From a virus: 61,726 nt of DNA. The notes beneath the pieces are model-generated. The model ran no database searches. It worked only from the letters and a program-made list of their open reading frames with translations, and was not told where the DNA came from. Shown piece by piece: positions 10,598-20,730 of the stretch (positions are counted from its first letter, which is position 1; each line of letters opens with the position of its first letter). The translations under genes and the position numbers were made by a program. The stretch is taken from the UHGV virus genome UHGV-0342951. One strand, written 5' to 3'.

Positions 10598-11329
10598 TTA
10601 CCCTCCTTTGGGCGCTTCGCGCTGAGGTTGCTGTGCAGTCACATTACCAGCCAGGTATGTCGTCGGGTAATGCGTCGGATTGCGGTTGAGTTCGTATCCC
10701 AGGTACTTGCCTGCTCCGACAAGGCCCTGCCATGTCTGGTCGAGCAGGTCCCCGTAGATGCCCGCAGATGCCGCACCGAGCGACACCACGTCAGTGATGA
10801 TGTCACGTCCGCGTTTCGCTGTGTTCAGCATCTTCTCGAATCTCACATCGTTACGCGTCTCGACATAGGCACGCTCGTTGCGGTAGCCCAGGCCGTCCGC
10901 CATAGCCACGGCATCAGCCTGTGCCATCATCACCTGTGTGAGTATGTCGCTCCGCAAACCCGTGCAGTAACGGCTCATGCACCGCATGGGTTTGCGGAGT
11001 TTACCCTGGAACTCTATCCATGCGCTTGTCCGTGCCCGGCCACGCGCTATGTCGTACAGAGGCTCGGCCACTTCGAGCCGCAGAGACTCTTCGATTTCCT
11101 GGTCTTCGACAGGAGCGTAGGCGTTCTGGTAATAGTCCATCCAGTTCTGGGCTATCCGCCAGTATTTCTTCGCCATCTCCCATTCTTTGACGGCGATGTC
11201 GTATGCCTTGTAGGCACTGATGGTCGCGGCAGCCAGCGCGGCAGCGGACAGTATCTCGCCAAAAAGGCTGCGTTCAGAATCGTTTACGCCACGTTGCGGA
11301 TTGCATTGTGTGTATCCGGCCTCGACCAT
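10598..11329 (-). CDS. Hypothetical virion protein (243 aa)
   Basis: ORF in the track; operon context. Confidence 0.55.
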   Translation of the reverse strand: MVEAGYTQCNPQRGVNDSERSLFGEILSAAALAAATISAYKAYDIAVKEWEMAKKYWRIAQNWMDYYQNAYAPVEDQEIEESLRLEVAEPLYDIARGRARTSAWIEFQGKLRKPMRCMSRYCTGLRSDILTQVMMAQADAVAMADGLGYRNERAYVETRNDVRFEKMLNTAKRGRDIITDVVSLGAASAGIYGDLLDQTWQGLVGAGKYLGYELNRNPTHYPTTYLAGNVTAQQPQREAPKGG

Positions 11330-11341
11330 GACACGTTCCTC

Positions 11342-11812
11342 TTAGCTGTTGGTGTAACGAATCTGTGTGGTACGGGATGCCTCCCGCCAACGGATGCTCA
11401 GGTTGGGAGCCTGTTCCTGTTCACCAAGGGAAATCCAGACCTCATCACATCCCATGAAGCGCACGGCGGTTTCCATATAACGGAACAGTTCCGCCTCGCA
11501 CAGCCGGTCTCCGCCCGCGTACCAGTCTTCGATTTGGAACACATGCGAGTTGTACGCAAGCGGACGGAACGGGATGCCGATGAGGTACCCGACGGGCTTT
11601 CCGTTCTCATCCCAGGCCATGAAAATCTTCAACGCCTTGGTGAACCAGAGCTGGGCGAACGTCTGCACGTTCATGTCGAACGGCTTGCCGTAAATGCGTT
11701 GCTTCTCGTTCACCCAGGACGCCGTATAGAGGGGCGCGAATTCTCGCGTCAAGTCATCCAGGGCAACGTTGATGTCGCTGTCTGGTTCCAGGATGTCGAT
11801 GCGGTAGTCCAT
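11342..11812 (-). CDS. Hypothetical protein (156 aa)
   Basis: ORF in the track; operon context. Confidence 0.5.
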   Translation of the reverse strand: MDYRIDILEPDSDINVALDDLTREFAPLYTASWVNEKQRIYGKPFDMNVQTFAQLWFTKALKIFMAWDENGKPVGYLIGIPFRPLAYNSHVFQIEDWYAGGDRLCEAELFRYMETAVRFMGCDEVWISLGEQEQAPNLSIRWREASRTTQIRYTNS

Positions 11813-11827
11813 GGTGTCGTTCTCCTG

Positions 11828-13507
11828 TTATCGCCCGTCGTTGACGGTGAAATGTGCTGTGCCGATGTCGATGAAGTGTACGGGCTCCACTCCGTGTAAC
11901 GTCACAGTGTACCAAAGATGCCGCCCGCTGCGCCGGATACGCACAGGCTTTTCTTCCCTGACCATCCTGTCCAGCATGGCGCCGTCGTGGGGGTTCTTGA
12001 TGGTCACAACCACAGGACCGCCACCCACCTTGCATGATACGGGGGCCCAGGCAACGCCACGGGCTGGTCCAGCGTTGCTGAGGCTGTTCTGACCCACGGC
12101 ATCGCCACCGGACGTAAGCGGCCTGCTGCGCCATGTGTACGGCCTGTACCACGCGGCACTGTCCCAGCCCCATACCTTGTCATCTTCCAGCAGCAGGAGC
12201 TTGCCTGTGTTCGACGTAGTACACGCCACAGGCTTGTCGGACAACGTGACAAGTTCCGCACCCTGCATGTCGCCGAAGGGGTCGCTGTCGATGTCCAGCA
12301 TGAAAGTCGCCATATCCGTAGCGAAAAAGAGAAACCCCTCCCAATACGCCATGCGGATGGTGTCGGGCTTGAGCCTCTGCCAGTCACGTTCGCCGAACCA
12401 TTTCTTCGTGATGACATGCCACCCGCCATTGCCGGTAAGCAGCACGAGCCCCATGGTGGAAGCATAGATAAACCCGTGTCGTGTCATCACGGAAGCATTG
12501 GCATAACGGCAGCCAATGTTCGGCAGTGGTGTGTCGATGCTGACGACCGGGGTGCATTTGGTGTCGTCGCAGCTCGACACATCGATGATATACGGAGACC
12601 CGTCGGTAGTGACGTAGAGTTTGAAATCCTGCTCTCCCATGCTGACGATATTATGGTCCAGGGTCATGTCATACTTCGCGGGCCAGTTGTACGGCTGGAA
12701 AACTTCGGAGAAGAAGACCCTGTTGTTCCGCCACCCGACAAGCCGGATGCTGTCACGGATGGAGACCACGCCCTGCATCCTGTCAGGCGGCATACGGTCA
12801 TCCTGTGTCTCCAGCGCGGCACCCAGATATGCGGCCTCTACCGTATCAGTGAAAGTGGCCTGCCCGGCAGGGATGGACGCGACGAACAAGAAGGCCGTCA
12901 GCTTCTTCTGCACCTTGCCGTCCGCCGGACGGAACCCGGTAGAGGCCCTGTAAATATGCACCCGGTCGATGCCGTAACCTGCGGGCGGGTTCACTATCCC
13001 GGAGACCGTCACAGAACTACCGTCTTCCACCCGCACGATGTTGCTGGCCGGGGACGGCGCACTCTCTTCCATTCTGGAATTGACGTAGGTGTAGACATAG
13101 GCTCGGGCATCAGCTTCACGACTGCACTGCTCAGAGGCTGATGCCACAGGCGGATACACCGGCGCCGGTACACCGGCGTAGTAATACACAGGCCGACAGG
13201 AACGAAGGTCGGTGAGTTCCACGACTTCGAGCCCCCGTCCGTCACGCCCCGTGATGTAGAACGACCGATGGTCGGGATTGAGGTCGGCGGCGATGACCTT
13301 GTCAACCCACGACACCATGCAGCAGCCGTGCATGTGGAACGACCGTGCCCCTTTGACCGCATCATACAGGGGGAGCTTGTCTCTCCAGGCTTCCAGTCTC
13401 CCGTTACGCAACATGACATCATGGGCCATGGTCGCTTGGGTAGCGGCCAGGGAATGTTCGGATATACGCGGGATGATGCCGCCGAAGCTGGAGAGTGTGA
13501 TGTTCAT
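11828..13507 (-). CDS. Tail/baseplate structural protein candidate (559 aa)
   Basis: Long ORF in the late operon; no motif recognised. Confidence 0.6.
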   Translation of the reverse strand: MNITLSSFGGIIPRISEHSLAATQATMAHDVMLRNGRLEAWRDKLPLYDAVKGARSFHMHGCCMVSWVDKVIAADLNPDHRSFYITGRDGRGLEVVELTDLRSCRPVYYYAGVPAPVYPPVASASEQCSREADARAYVYTYVNSRMEESAPSPASNIVRVEDGSSVTVSGIVNPPAGYGIDRVHIYRASTGFRPADGKVQKKLTAFLFVASIPAGQATFTDTVEAAYLGAALETQDDRMPPDRMQGVVSIRDSIRLVGWRNNRVFFSEVFQPYNWPAKYDMTLDHNIVSMGEQDFKLYVTTDGSPYIIDVSSCDDTKCTPVVSIDTPLPNIGCRYANASVMTRHGFIYASTMGLVLLTGNGGWHVITKKWFGERDWQRLKPDTIRMAYWEGFLFFATDMATFMLDIDSDPFGDMQGAELVTLSDKPVACTTSNTGKLLLLEDDKVWGWDSAAWYRPYTWRSRPLTSGGDAVGQNSLSNAGPARGVAWAPVSCKVGGGPVVVTIKNPHDGAMLDRMVREEKPVRIRRSGRHLWYTVTLHGVEPVHFIDIGTAHFTVNDGR

Positions 13508-13514
13508 ATGTCAA

Positions 13515-14888
13515 TCAATCCCAAAGTTCTTCAGCTTTGTACTTGTTCACAGAATCAACCCCACCGGCGGGACGGATGGAAAGACTCACCGGATACCCGG
13601 AGGGGAAACCGGAATCAGAATGCAGAATGAGTTCATGCTCCCCTGCGACCCACACACCGGCAGGCTGCACACGGGCGAGGACCGTGGTGGAAAAGTCCAG
13701 CGTGGTCTCCGCCTTGTGCGAATGCTCATTACCGGAACTGCCGCTGCTGCTCACCACCGTCTTGGCCGTGGCTGTCGTGCTGCAACGCAGGATATTGGAC
13801 TGCGGCGTGCCGTCGAGCCGCACATGGAGCTGGGAGAGCCATGCCCGGGTCGCGACGGTCACGATGTCGATGACGATAGGGACATTCGTGCGCAGCGTAA
13901 AACCGATGACCTGCCGCACGATGTCACCTGCGACGACAGGCAGCAACGTATGGATGGCGTCCGGGTGCTGCGTATCTGCAATGGCCACGACAGAACCCAG
14001 CTTGTTCAGCTCCACATCGTAAGGACCGAAAGCATACGTCTGGGCCGGAATATCGATACGCTGCGTGAGATTGAAGATACGGTTCTTGAGGTCGAGATGA
14101 ACGTCATACCCGCCGCACTGATAGATACCGTTGAGCACATTCGCCGGTTTGCTCAGGGAAAGCGTGGCGATACCGACTTTGTTGTCCATCTGCACGTCGA
14201 TACCGTCGCCGGGCACGATACCGTTCACACCGCTGGAAGTCGTGGGTTCCGTGTACTCCACCAGATGGCCGTACTGGTCGAAGCGCATACCGTTCACAGT
14301 GGTGTTGAGACCGCCGCCCTTATGCGAGATGACCAGTGCGTCAGCCACAGACCCCGTGCCGGTGACGGTCACGCCACTGTTCCCCGCCACGACGCGCAAA
14401 GTCTCGGTAGAGATATTGGCCTTGATGCGATAGGGGTCAGAAGTGGTGCCGCTGCCGCTGACGACGACACCGTCCTCACCCTTGATGGTGCACCGCACCA
14501 ACGGACGCCCGGAAGCATCACAGGTATAGAGATTCCCCGCCAGCGGAGATGCCTCGCACAACGACACACCTTCGCTGTAGGAAGCACAATCGGCAGGGAC
14601 TTCCGTGCAAGACGGCGGCACATACAGCGCCACGTCGGCTTTCTCCAGACCAACGATACACCCGTCGGCTACGATGATGCGGTCGTAAATACCATCAGGC
14701 GGGGGCGTACCGGGCTGCGCTTTGAGGCAGCCGTTCTCTTGCCACAAACGGCCTCCCCAGGGAAGACACAACGAAAAATCAGGGCAGCCTGATTTGACCT
14801 GTGGCTCCTGGATAGTATCTCCATTACAATCGAACGTTATGCGGGGGGAACATTTGTCTTGCATCGGTGTCACCTCTGTTGAAAGCAA
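13515..14888 (-). CDS. Tail fibre/spike-like protein candidate (457 aa), Cys-rich N-terminus and Gly/Thr/Val-rich beta-type sequence
   Basis: ORF in the track; composition typical of fibre or spike proteins. Position only. Confidence 0.55.
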   Translation of the reverse strand: MLSTEVTPMQDKCSPRITFDCNGDTIQEPQVKSGCPDFSLCLPWGGRLWQENGCLKAQPGTPPPDGIYDRIIVADGCIVGLEKADVALYVPPSCTEVPADCASYSEGVSLCEASPLAGNLYTCDASGRPLVRCTIKGEDGVVVSGSGTTSDPYRIKANISTETLRVVAGNSGVTVTGTGSVADALVISHKGGGLNTTVNGMRFDQYGHLVEYTEPTTSSGVNGIVPGDGIDVQMDNKVGIATLSLSKPANVLNGIYQCGGYDVHLDLKNRIFNLTQRIDIPAQTYAFGPYDVELNKLGSVVAIADTQHPDAIHTLLPVVAGDIVRQVIGFTLRTNVPIVIDIVTVATRAWLSQLHVRLDGTPQSNILRCSTTATAKTVVSSSGSSGNEHSHKAETTLDFSTTVLARVQPAGVWVAGEHELILHSDSGFPSGYPVSLSIRPAGGVDSVNKYKAEELWD

Positions 14889-15135
14889 TAACGCATCCGT
14901 ACCTAAAAGAAAAGGGGACTTGACTTTATGGGTATGCTACGGTTAAATGGGCTTCGACGACAGAGATGCCGGACGGGCTGACGAACATGGTGCTGTTCTC
15001 CGCCGACGTGGTGAGACTCCGGTCTCACCACGTCACCTATCTCTCAATCCGCCTCTCCCCTAGGCGTGTATGTGTTTGCGGAAAGGCCCCCCATCCCGGG
15101 CAGGGATGGGGGGCCTTTCTGTTTCCGGCTTTTGC
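14889..15135 (-). promoter_or_regulatory. Structured intergenic island inside the late operon containing a bidirectional terminator-like hairpin (15082..15122)
   Basis: GGCCCCCCATCCC-gggca-GGGATGGGGGGCC hairpin flanked by A/T runs, plus a second hairpin GGTGAGAC-tccg-GTCTCACC at about 15011-15030. Confidence 0.4.
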
Positions 15136-15786
15136 TTAGAGCGCTCTGCCGAACCCTATCTTGACGATTCCGCGTTGTCCACACAAGGCGGCATCCTGTG
15201 CCAGCTTACCCAGCATACGCCGGAACTCGGCGTACAATTCGCTGCCGACCCTGAGATTGGTCCACGGACGCCCTGTGATGAGCATGATGGAAGCACGCGT
15301 CCCCATAATGAGGGCGGGGAAAAGTTCATGCTCGAACTGACTCGGAAGGGAGCAACTGTTACGTCCTGGTACTACACCCATAGACACGCGGAGTTCCCCA
15401 CCACAGTCACACATGCACGCGTGGAGAACCTGTTCATCTGGGTCGTACCAAACCTTGTCCCGACGCAGACGGGGCCAGTCCTCTCCGGCTACGAGCGTTC
15501 TGCGTACATCATGGAGACAACTGTCGCTGCCTGTTGGATGATGCGAAACGCCCGTCAGGGCCGTCATTTCCATCCCGTCAGGCGATTTCACTGCATACCG
15601 AGTTACCCCGGGCTGCAATTTGATTCGCACTGTTCGCGTCACGAGAGGGGCCTTGCGGCACATCTCGATGGCTGTACGAAGCAGGTAATAGTCGAACAGT
15701 TCCGCCGGAAGGTCTTTCCATTCAAACCGCAGTTCGGCATGGAACTCACTTAGCGGCGTTGTTGGAAACGGTTCGTACACGACCAT
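15136..15786 (-). CDS. Hypothetical protein (about 216 aa; start moved to the internal Met MVVYEPF)
   Basis: The minus-strand sequence GGAGGAAAACGCCG-ATG gives a good RBS for MVVYEPFPTT. The longer ORF in the track overlaps the upstream gene by 119 nt. Confidence 0.5.
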   Translation of the reverse strand: MVVYEPFPTTPLSEFHAELRFEWKDLPAELFDYYLLRTAIEMCRKAPLVTRTVRIKLQPGVTRYAVKSPDGMEMTALTGVSHHPTGSDSCLHDVRRTLVAGEDWPRLRRDKVWYDPDEQVLHACMCDCGGELRVSMGVVPGRNSCSLPSQFEHELFPALIMGTRASIMLITGRPWTNLRVGSELYAEFRRMLGKLAQDAALCGQRGIVKIGFGRAL

Positions 15787-16438
15787 CGGCGTTTTCCTCC
15801 AACAGTTTACGCGCCATCTCAGCCTCGACCAGCTTGAAATAGGTGTCCCGGTGCGAAGCGGCAAGCTGCGTGATGGCAGGATTGTTTTCGCTGTCCATGC
15901 TCAGGGCCCTGTACAGCATCCACTGTTTGACCATGGACACGAGCATCGCGGGGATATTCGTATCATCGTCGTATCCGTCAGGCTCGACGTAACACTCCAC
16001 AAGGACGTAATGCTCCTTGCGGTCGGTACGGGATATCCCAGGATACACTCTGAACAACGTGTCCACCGTGCTGCTGATGGAGTATCCGGTGAGGTCCCCA
16101 CCAATATGACACTGCGACGCAGGTCCGCTCCAGGTGTTGGCCTCATCATCCGCCACACGGGACAGTCTGCGGATGATGTGTTCCCCATCCTCGGTGACTT
16201 CCCCGAGGACGCGTTCGATACGCTCGCAGTCGCACGCCTTCTGCCACACTTCTCCAGGGGAAAGTTTCACGACTTTATGCTGCACGAACTTGTCGGAGAA
16301 CCGCTCGCTGACCATGAGCAGGGCTTCCGCCAGATAGGCTTTCAACTGCTCATAAGTCCAGTGCGTATATTCATACCCCGGTTCCTGGTCATTGAGGTCC
16401 AGGGACACTTCCCGGATGACGTTGGAGACCTTCATCAA
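15746..16438 (-). CDS. Hypothetical protein (230 aa)
   Basis: ORF in the track. Confidence 0.5.
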   Translation of the reverse strand: MMKVSNVIREVSLDLNDQEPGYEYTHWTYEQLKAYLAEALLMVSERFSDKFVQHKVVKLSPGEVWQKACDCERIERVLGEVTEDGEHIIRRLSRVADDEANTWSGPASQCHIGGDLTGYSISSTVDTLFRVYPGISRTDRKEHYVLVECYVEPDGYDDDTNIPAMLVSMVKQWMLYRALSMDSENNPAITQLAASHRDTYFKLVEAEMARKLLEENADGRVRTVSNNAAK

Positions 16439-16440
16439 AA

Positions 16441-16941
16441 TTACTCCATGGAACGCACGAGAGCCGCAAGGTCATCCTCGATACCATGGTAATAGGCATC
16501 GAGCGGCTGGGCCGCATAGGGGAGCCGGGTGGCTTCTTCGACACCCTTCTGCCGCACATCTTCCATCGTAGGTTCATGCTTGCCGGAGAACGCATTGGCC
16601 TGCTTGATGACCGTAGCCTGCGCCTCGGCCAGCAAGGCATCACGCTCGGCAGGCGTGTACTCGGCTTCGTTCACAGTGGAACGCCATGCCGCAGGGTCGG
16701 TGTTGCCTGTGCTGTCACAACATTCCATGATGTCGCGCTGTTCGGCAAGCATGGGGTCCCAGGGAAAAACGATACCGTTTTTCTTGCTGCGGAGGTGCGA
16801 AGAACGCGGCAACGGAGGAACCGCGTTCTTCGCACCGGCAGCGTGCAGGGCCTGCTGACGCGCATCGCTATCGCGTTCGTTGAGTATGCCGCGCAGGTCT
16901 TGCTGGGAGACGGCAGAGAGCGGAGCGGAAGACTGATACAT
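16441..16941 (-). CDS. Hypothetical protein (166 aa)
   Basis: ORF in the track. Confidence 0.5.
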   Translation of the reverse strand: MYQSSAPLSAVSQQDLRGILNERDSDARQQALHAAGAKNAVPPLPRSSHLRSKKNGIVFPWDPMLAEQRDIMECCDSTGNTDPAAWRSTVNEAEYTPAERDALLAEAQATVIKQANAFSGKHEPTMEDVRQKGVEEATRLPYAAQPLDAYYHGIEDDLAALVRSME

Positions 16942-16982
16942 AGTGCTGTTCTCCTGTATAGGGATGGAGGGTAGAGTTTGGT

Positions 16983-17204
16983 CTACGCAGACGGTTTCTT
17001 CAGGAAAGCCGCACCGGGGTCGTTGCCGAAATCAGTGCTGGCGATACGCATCCCCATGATGGTACGGCGGGCGTCCTCGGAATCGTTGGACATTTCCTTG
17101 GTGGGACCAGTCTGCGCCTTGAAACGGGGCGTGAAGGTCTTGCCGCCGGAAACCGTATCCTTGGACGCGGGCCCGGTGGCCTTGGTGTTGGCGACATTGG
17201 CCAT
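16983..17204 (-). CDS. Hypothetical small protein (73 aa)
   Basis: ORF in the track, between structural genes. Confidence 0.4.
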   Translation of the reverse strand: MANVANTKATGPASKDTVSGGKTFTPRFKAQTGPTKEMSNDSEDARRTIMGMRIASTDFGNDPGAAFLKKPSA

Positions 17205-17215
17205 GACGCACCTCC

Positions 17216-18037
17216 TTAGCCGACCTGCGTGGAGCCTTCAAAGGCAAACAGCTTCGCCGACATGTACACGGCGATGTCGGACTTCCACACGAGCTTGAGA
17301 CGCTCGGCATCACCGGCCACGAACTTGTAGCCCAGCAGCACGGCGCCGTAGTATTCGTCCAGACCGCCGGTGGCGTTGCCCTGGTTGTCGTATTTCACCA
17401 GATTATGCCCGAAGGTACAAGGCACGGCGCCGAGGGCCTTCGAGTCAGTCTTGGTGTCCACCCCGGTCACATTACCGGGACCGCCCTTCACGGTGGACGT
17501 GGAGACAGACGCCACTTCGGGCATACCCAGACGCGCCAGACCCCACAGCTTGTCACCGTCCTTGGGGGTACCCAGAGGGAACTGCGTGATGCCGTTGTTG
17601 GTCAGGGCAGTATCGAAGTCGGCATTTTCTTCATACTTCCAATCATCGGTGGCGAAGTCCCACGAGACACGCATGGCGCATGGCTTGATGTACACACCCT
17701 CGAGGTTCTTGTCGGTGGTGGTCACTTCAAAGTGGATGGCTTCGACCCAGGACCGCAACGGGACCCAGTTGAGCATGATGGTGTCGCCGACGGCAGAAAC
17801 TTTCTTCAGCGCGGTACGCATCCAGTTGTGGCCGTAGGTATCCGCCAGATTGGGCACCAGAGGGAAATGAAGGTTGAGATAACCCTGCCCGTAAGCAGCG
17901 TCGGCATGAGAGTCATACGGGGGCGTGAAAGCCGCATGGGGGGCACTGAAAGGCGGTTTGAACTCAGGCCAGTCACCACGACAGAACCAGCCCTTGAAAT
18001 CAGGCGTACCGCCTCGGAACATATTGATGTTAGCCAT
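17216..18037 (-). CDS. Virion structural protein (273 aa); capsid-associated or decoration candidate
   Basis: ORF in the track immediately downstream of the capsid candidate. Confidence 0.5.
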   Translation of the reverse strand: MANINMFRGGTPDFKGWFCRGDWPEFKPPFSAPHAAFTPPYDSHADAAYGQGYLNLHFPLVPNLADTYGHNWMRTALKKVSAVGDTIMLNWVPLRSWVEAIHFEVTTTDKNLEGVYIKPCAMRVSWDFATDDWKYEENADFDTALTNNGITQFPLGTPKDGDKLWGLARLGMPEVASVSTSTVKGGPGNVTGVDTKTDSKALGAVPCTFGHNLVKYDNQGNATGGLDEYYGAVLLGYKFVAGDAERLKLVWKSDIAVYMSAKLFAFEGSTQVG

Positions 18038-18049
18038 TGTCTGGGTCTC

Positions 18050-19003
18050 CTAGTTGATAGGGTCGAAAGTCCAGTAGCCCATCGCGAGGGCGTCAGGGTA
18101 GATGACTTCGGCGCCCCAGGCCACGAGATACTGGTAACGGACACCGAAGCTGTTGGGGTCGCTGGTATTCAGCCGCGCTTCCAGGATATTGGAAGCATAC
18201 GCCGTGGCTTCCTTGTGCCCCGCAAGAATAAAGAAGCAGAGGTTGCCGGACTTGTCACGCACCACGGGAACGTGGATGGATTCGATGACCGTGAAGCCCA
18301 TGAGCGGGTGGTCCCACATGCCGGACACGATACCGCCGCAGTTGCAACTGTACAGACTGTTGCTGTAGTTGGACATGGCGAGATAGGTGCGGAGCTGAGG
18401 CGGCACGATGATGAACATCTCGCCTTCCACCCAGCGTTTGGACTCGATGAGGACACGCTGGAGGTCAGCCAGGACCTTGGGAAGATTCTGCGGCGTCACA
18501 TGCACGGGCTGACCGGGCTTGCCCAGATTCACATCCTGATTCATACCGGCGAGGTCGAGACTCGTGCGCGGGGACACTTCAGCCATCATGCGACCCAGGA
18601 CGAAAGTACGCATGGTGCTCACATACGACTGATACATGGATTCCAGCAACTTTTCTTCGTAGCTGGGCCAGCGCTCGCAGGCCATCTTGATGTCGGTGGA
18701 GTCGAACTTGATGTCCTGATAGCCCATGTAGCAGATGCTCAGACAACGAGCCTGAGTGCTGACAGTGTTGGGCACGAGCTGCTGGTTCTTCTGGTACGAA
18801 CGCAGCGGACCGACTTCCGGCGCGTACATGAGCTGGATGGTCTGGTTGCACCGGGTAACAGGTTCCAGCAGTTCGGATGCCGTGATACGCGGCAGCCAGT
18901 CGTTTTCATACACGCGAGACAGGATGAAATCGCTGTAGCCGACACGGGCGAGAGGGGTGGCCTCGATGCCGGTGTATCCACTCGCACTGGGGAAAATAGG
19001 CAT
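18050..19003 (-). CDS. Major capsid protein candidate (317 aa)
   Basis: Size and position directly after the scaffold-like coiled-coil gene and downstream of portal and terminase. No diagnostic motif, so the call rests on position. Confidence 0.5.
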   Translation of the reverse strand: MPIFPSASGYTGIEATPLARVGYSDFILSRVYENDWLPRITASELLEPVTRCNQTIQLMYAPEVGPLRSYQKNQQLVPNTVSTQARCLSICYMGYQDIKFDSTDIKMACERWPSYEEKLLESMYQSYVSTMRTFVLGRMMAEVSPRTSLDLAGMNQDVNLGKPGQPVHVTPQNLPKVLADLQRVLIESKRWVEGEMFIIVPPQLRTYLAMSNYSNSLYSCNCGGIVSGMWDHPLMGFTVIESIHVPVVRDKSGNLCFFILAGHKEATAYASNILEARLNTSDPNSFGVRYQYLVAWGAEVIYPDALAMGYWTFDPIN

Positions 19004-19021
19004 GGAAAAGCTCCTTAAAGG

Positions 19022-20041
19022 TTATCCGGCGGCTCGCAGTTCTTTCAACCGCACGCGGTATTCATCCGGGGAAATCCGCCGCATTTGGTATAGGCTGTTG
19101 AGTTCAGCCAGGGTAAAAGTGGGTTTATTGACAGAAGAAGTTGCCGGAGTACCGGTCCCACCCGCCACCTGCACAGGCGGCACAGTGGTGACTTTGCCAT
19201 TATCAGGACGGTTCTGTTTGAACTTGTCCACAATGTCGATGACGTACCGCGTATTGCCAGCATAGAACTCCTGCGTGGCAGCCTGGTCACGACTCCGGCT
19301 GCTCAGCCCGTCGGGTTCCTGGAGGTAACGCAGGAAATCCGGGTCATTGAACAGATTGTAGAAATCAGGATGCACTTGCAGGATTTCACTAGCATAACGG
19401 GTTATCTGCGCCTGCTGCGTGGCATTGAGCGCCTCAGCCCGATTACGTTCGATAGTCTCGCGCTGGGCTTTCACCTCAGCCACCACGCCCTCGAGCGGCT
19501 GTTGCAGCATACGCGCCGTCATAACGGCAATACGACGGGCGTCGGCAGGGTCAACCGTCTCCAGCGCATTCAACTCATCGGCACCGTCGAGACTGGCCAG
19601 CATGGCCTGCTGCTTGTTGGCGGCTTCAAACTCGGCGTTACGCTTCTGCGCCTCGGCCAACTGGTTAGCGAGAACATCACGTTCCTGCGCGAGCTGCTGC
19701 ATCTGTTGTTGCTGCGCCATGTACATGTACGGGGCAATAGACGGCTGCTGCACATGCTGCTGCACCGGCTGCTGCACCGGCTGCTGCACCGGCTGCTGCA
19801 CCGGCTGCTGCACAGGCTGCTGCACAGGCTGCTGCACCGGCTGCTGCACCGGCTGCTGCACAGGCTGCTGCACAGGCTGCTGCACAGGCTGCTGCACAGG
19901 CTGCTGCACAGGCTGCTGCTCCATAGCCGCTTCTGTCCGGGCATATTGGTCACGAAAAACCTGTGCCATACCCGGAGTACGGGCAAAGGCGGGAGAGACG
20001 GAAGTGTTGCCGTCGCCGGATGCCATAGGGTTAGTGGACAT
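19022..20041 (-). CDS. Scaffold-like coiled-coil protein with a (QQPV)n repeat; start moved to MSTNPMASGD
   Basis: Contains about 20 tandem QQPV units followed by a long helical Gln/Ala/Glu-rich region. The upstream part of the ORF in the track overlaps the neighbouring small gene. Confidence 0.5.
   Translation of the reverse strand: MSTNPMASGDGNTSVSPAFARTPGMAQVFRDQYARTEAAMEQQPVQQPVQQPVQQPVQQPVQQPVQQPVQQPVQQPVQQPVQQPVQQPVQQPVQQHVQQPSIAPYMYMAQQQQMQQLAQERDVLANQLAEAQKRNAEFEAANKQQAMLASLDGADELNALETVDPADARRIAVMTARMLQQPLEGVVAEVKAQRETIERNRAEALNATQQAQITRYASEILQVHPDFYNLFNDPDFLRYLQEPDGLSSRSRDQAATQEFYAGNTRYVIDIVDKFKQNRPDNGKVTTVPPVQVAGGTGTPATSSVNKPTFTLAELNSLYQMRRISPDEYRVRLKELRAAG
19741..19920 (-). repeat. 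About 15 tandem copies of a 12-nt unit (CGGCTGCTGCAC on the plus strand) encoding (QQPV)n
   Basis: Seen directly. Related 12-36-nt units occur at 5857..5975, 48870..48970, 56690..56880 and 58378..58460. Confidence 0.8.
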
Positions 20042-20052
20042 AGTGCTTTCTC

Positions 20053-20334
20053 CTACTTGATGTACTGTTTCAAGGTAGTTACGACATCCTGGAGCATCAG
20101 TACACGCCCCAGCGCCATACACCCGGAACCTTGCTTTTGTCCGTCGAGCAAAGCTGCCCGCGCCAAAGCGTCACATTCCTGGGCTTCTTTTTTCGCCGCC
20201 GACTCGAACAACCCAATCAAGGACAACAAGGCCCCCCGATTCGACGCGAGCGTCGCCAAAAGGTTGTCGCCTGCGGTCTTGTCGCCCTTAACTGCCAGAA
20301 GACGGGACATACCGCAGCCCACTGATAGTATCAC
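20053..20334 (-). CDS. Hypothetical small protein (93 aa)
   Basis: ORF in the track; an alternative overlapping ORF 20331..20684 exists. Confidence 0.35.
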   Translation of the reverse strand: MILSVGCGMSRLLAVKGDKTAGDNLLATLASNRGALLSLIGLFESAAKKEAQECDALARAALLDGQKQGSGCMALGRVLMLQDVVTTLKQYIK

Positions 20335-20466
20335 GCACAGACTTGTTGTCTTCCGCCGGGCGCCGCTGCGGGTTCACGACAGTACCCGGACGACCATTGC
20401 CACCGATGTTGGACGGGGGAACAGCAGGCTTGCGCCCGGAATTGCCCCCACAACGAGAACATCCCA

Positions 20467-20718
20467 TCATTTACCTCCATAACGCATATTATCCATGATA
20501 CCAGCGTACACATGGCCATTGTAAGGACATTCGCGCATGTGCTGGTCATCACGCAAACGTTGCATGTTGCGCCGCACATACCCCGACTCCGGTATGTCAG
20601 CAGATTCCGCCAAAAACGGATTGTCCTTAACCAGCATACCCGGATTTTGGGCTTTCTTCCGTGCCTTATCCCATATGCTTTCAAAAGGGGTTTCCGGGAA
20701 AGAAAACACAGTCGCCAT
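20467..20718 (-). CDS. Hypothetical small protein (83 aa)
   Basis: ORF in the track. Confidence 0.4.
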   Translation of the reverse strand: MATVFSFPETPFESIWDKARKKAQNPGMLVKDNPFLAESADIPESGYVRRNMQRLRDDQHMRECPYNGHVYAGIMDNMRYGGK

Positions 20719-20730
20719 AACGCACCCCCT

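Noticed and set aside
10082-19018. Plus-strand ORFs 10082..11899, 12416..13141, 13278..14792 and 17405..19018
   Set aside because: They are antisense to tightly packed minus-strand structural genes; typical high-GC shadow ORFs.
20288-20684. Overlapping small minus-strand ORFs 20288..20470 and 20331..20684
   Set aside because: They mutually overlap with 20053..20334 and 20467..20718 in different frames. Only one non-overlapping set was retained, and it is uncertain which is expressed.
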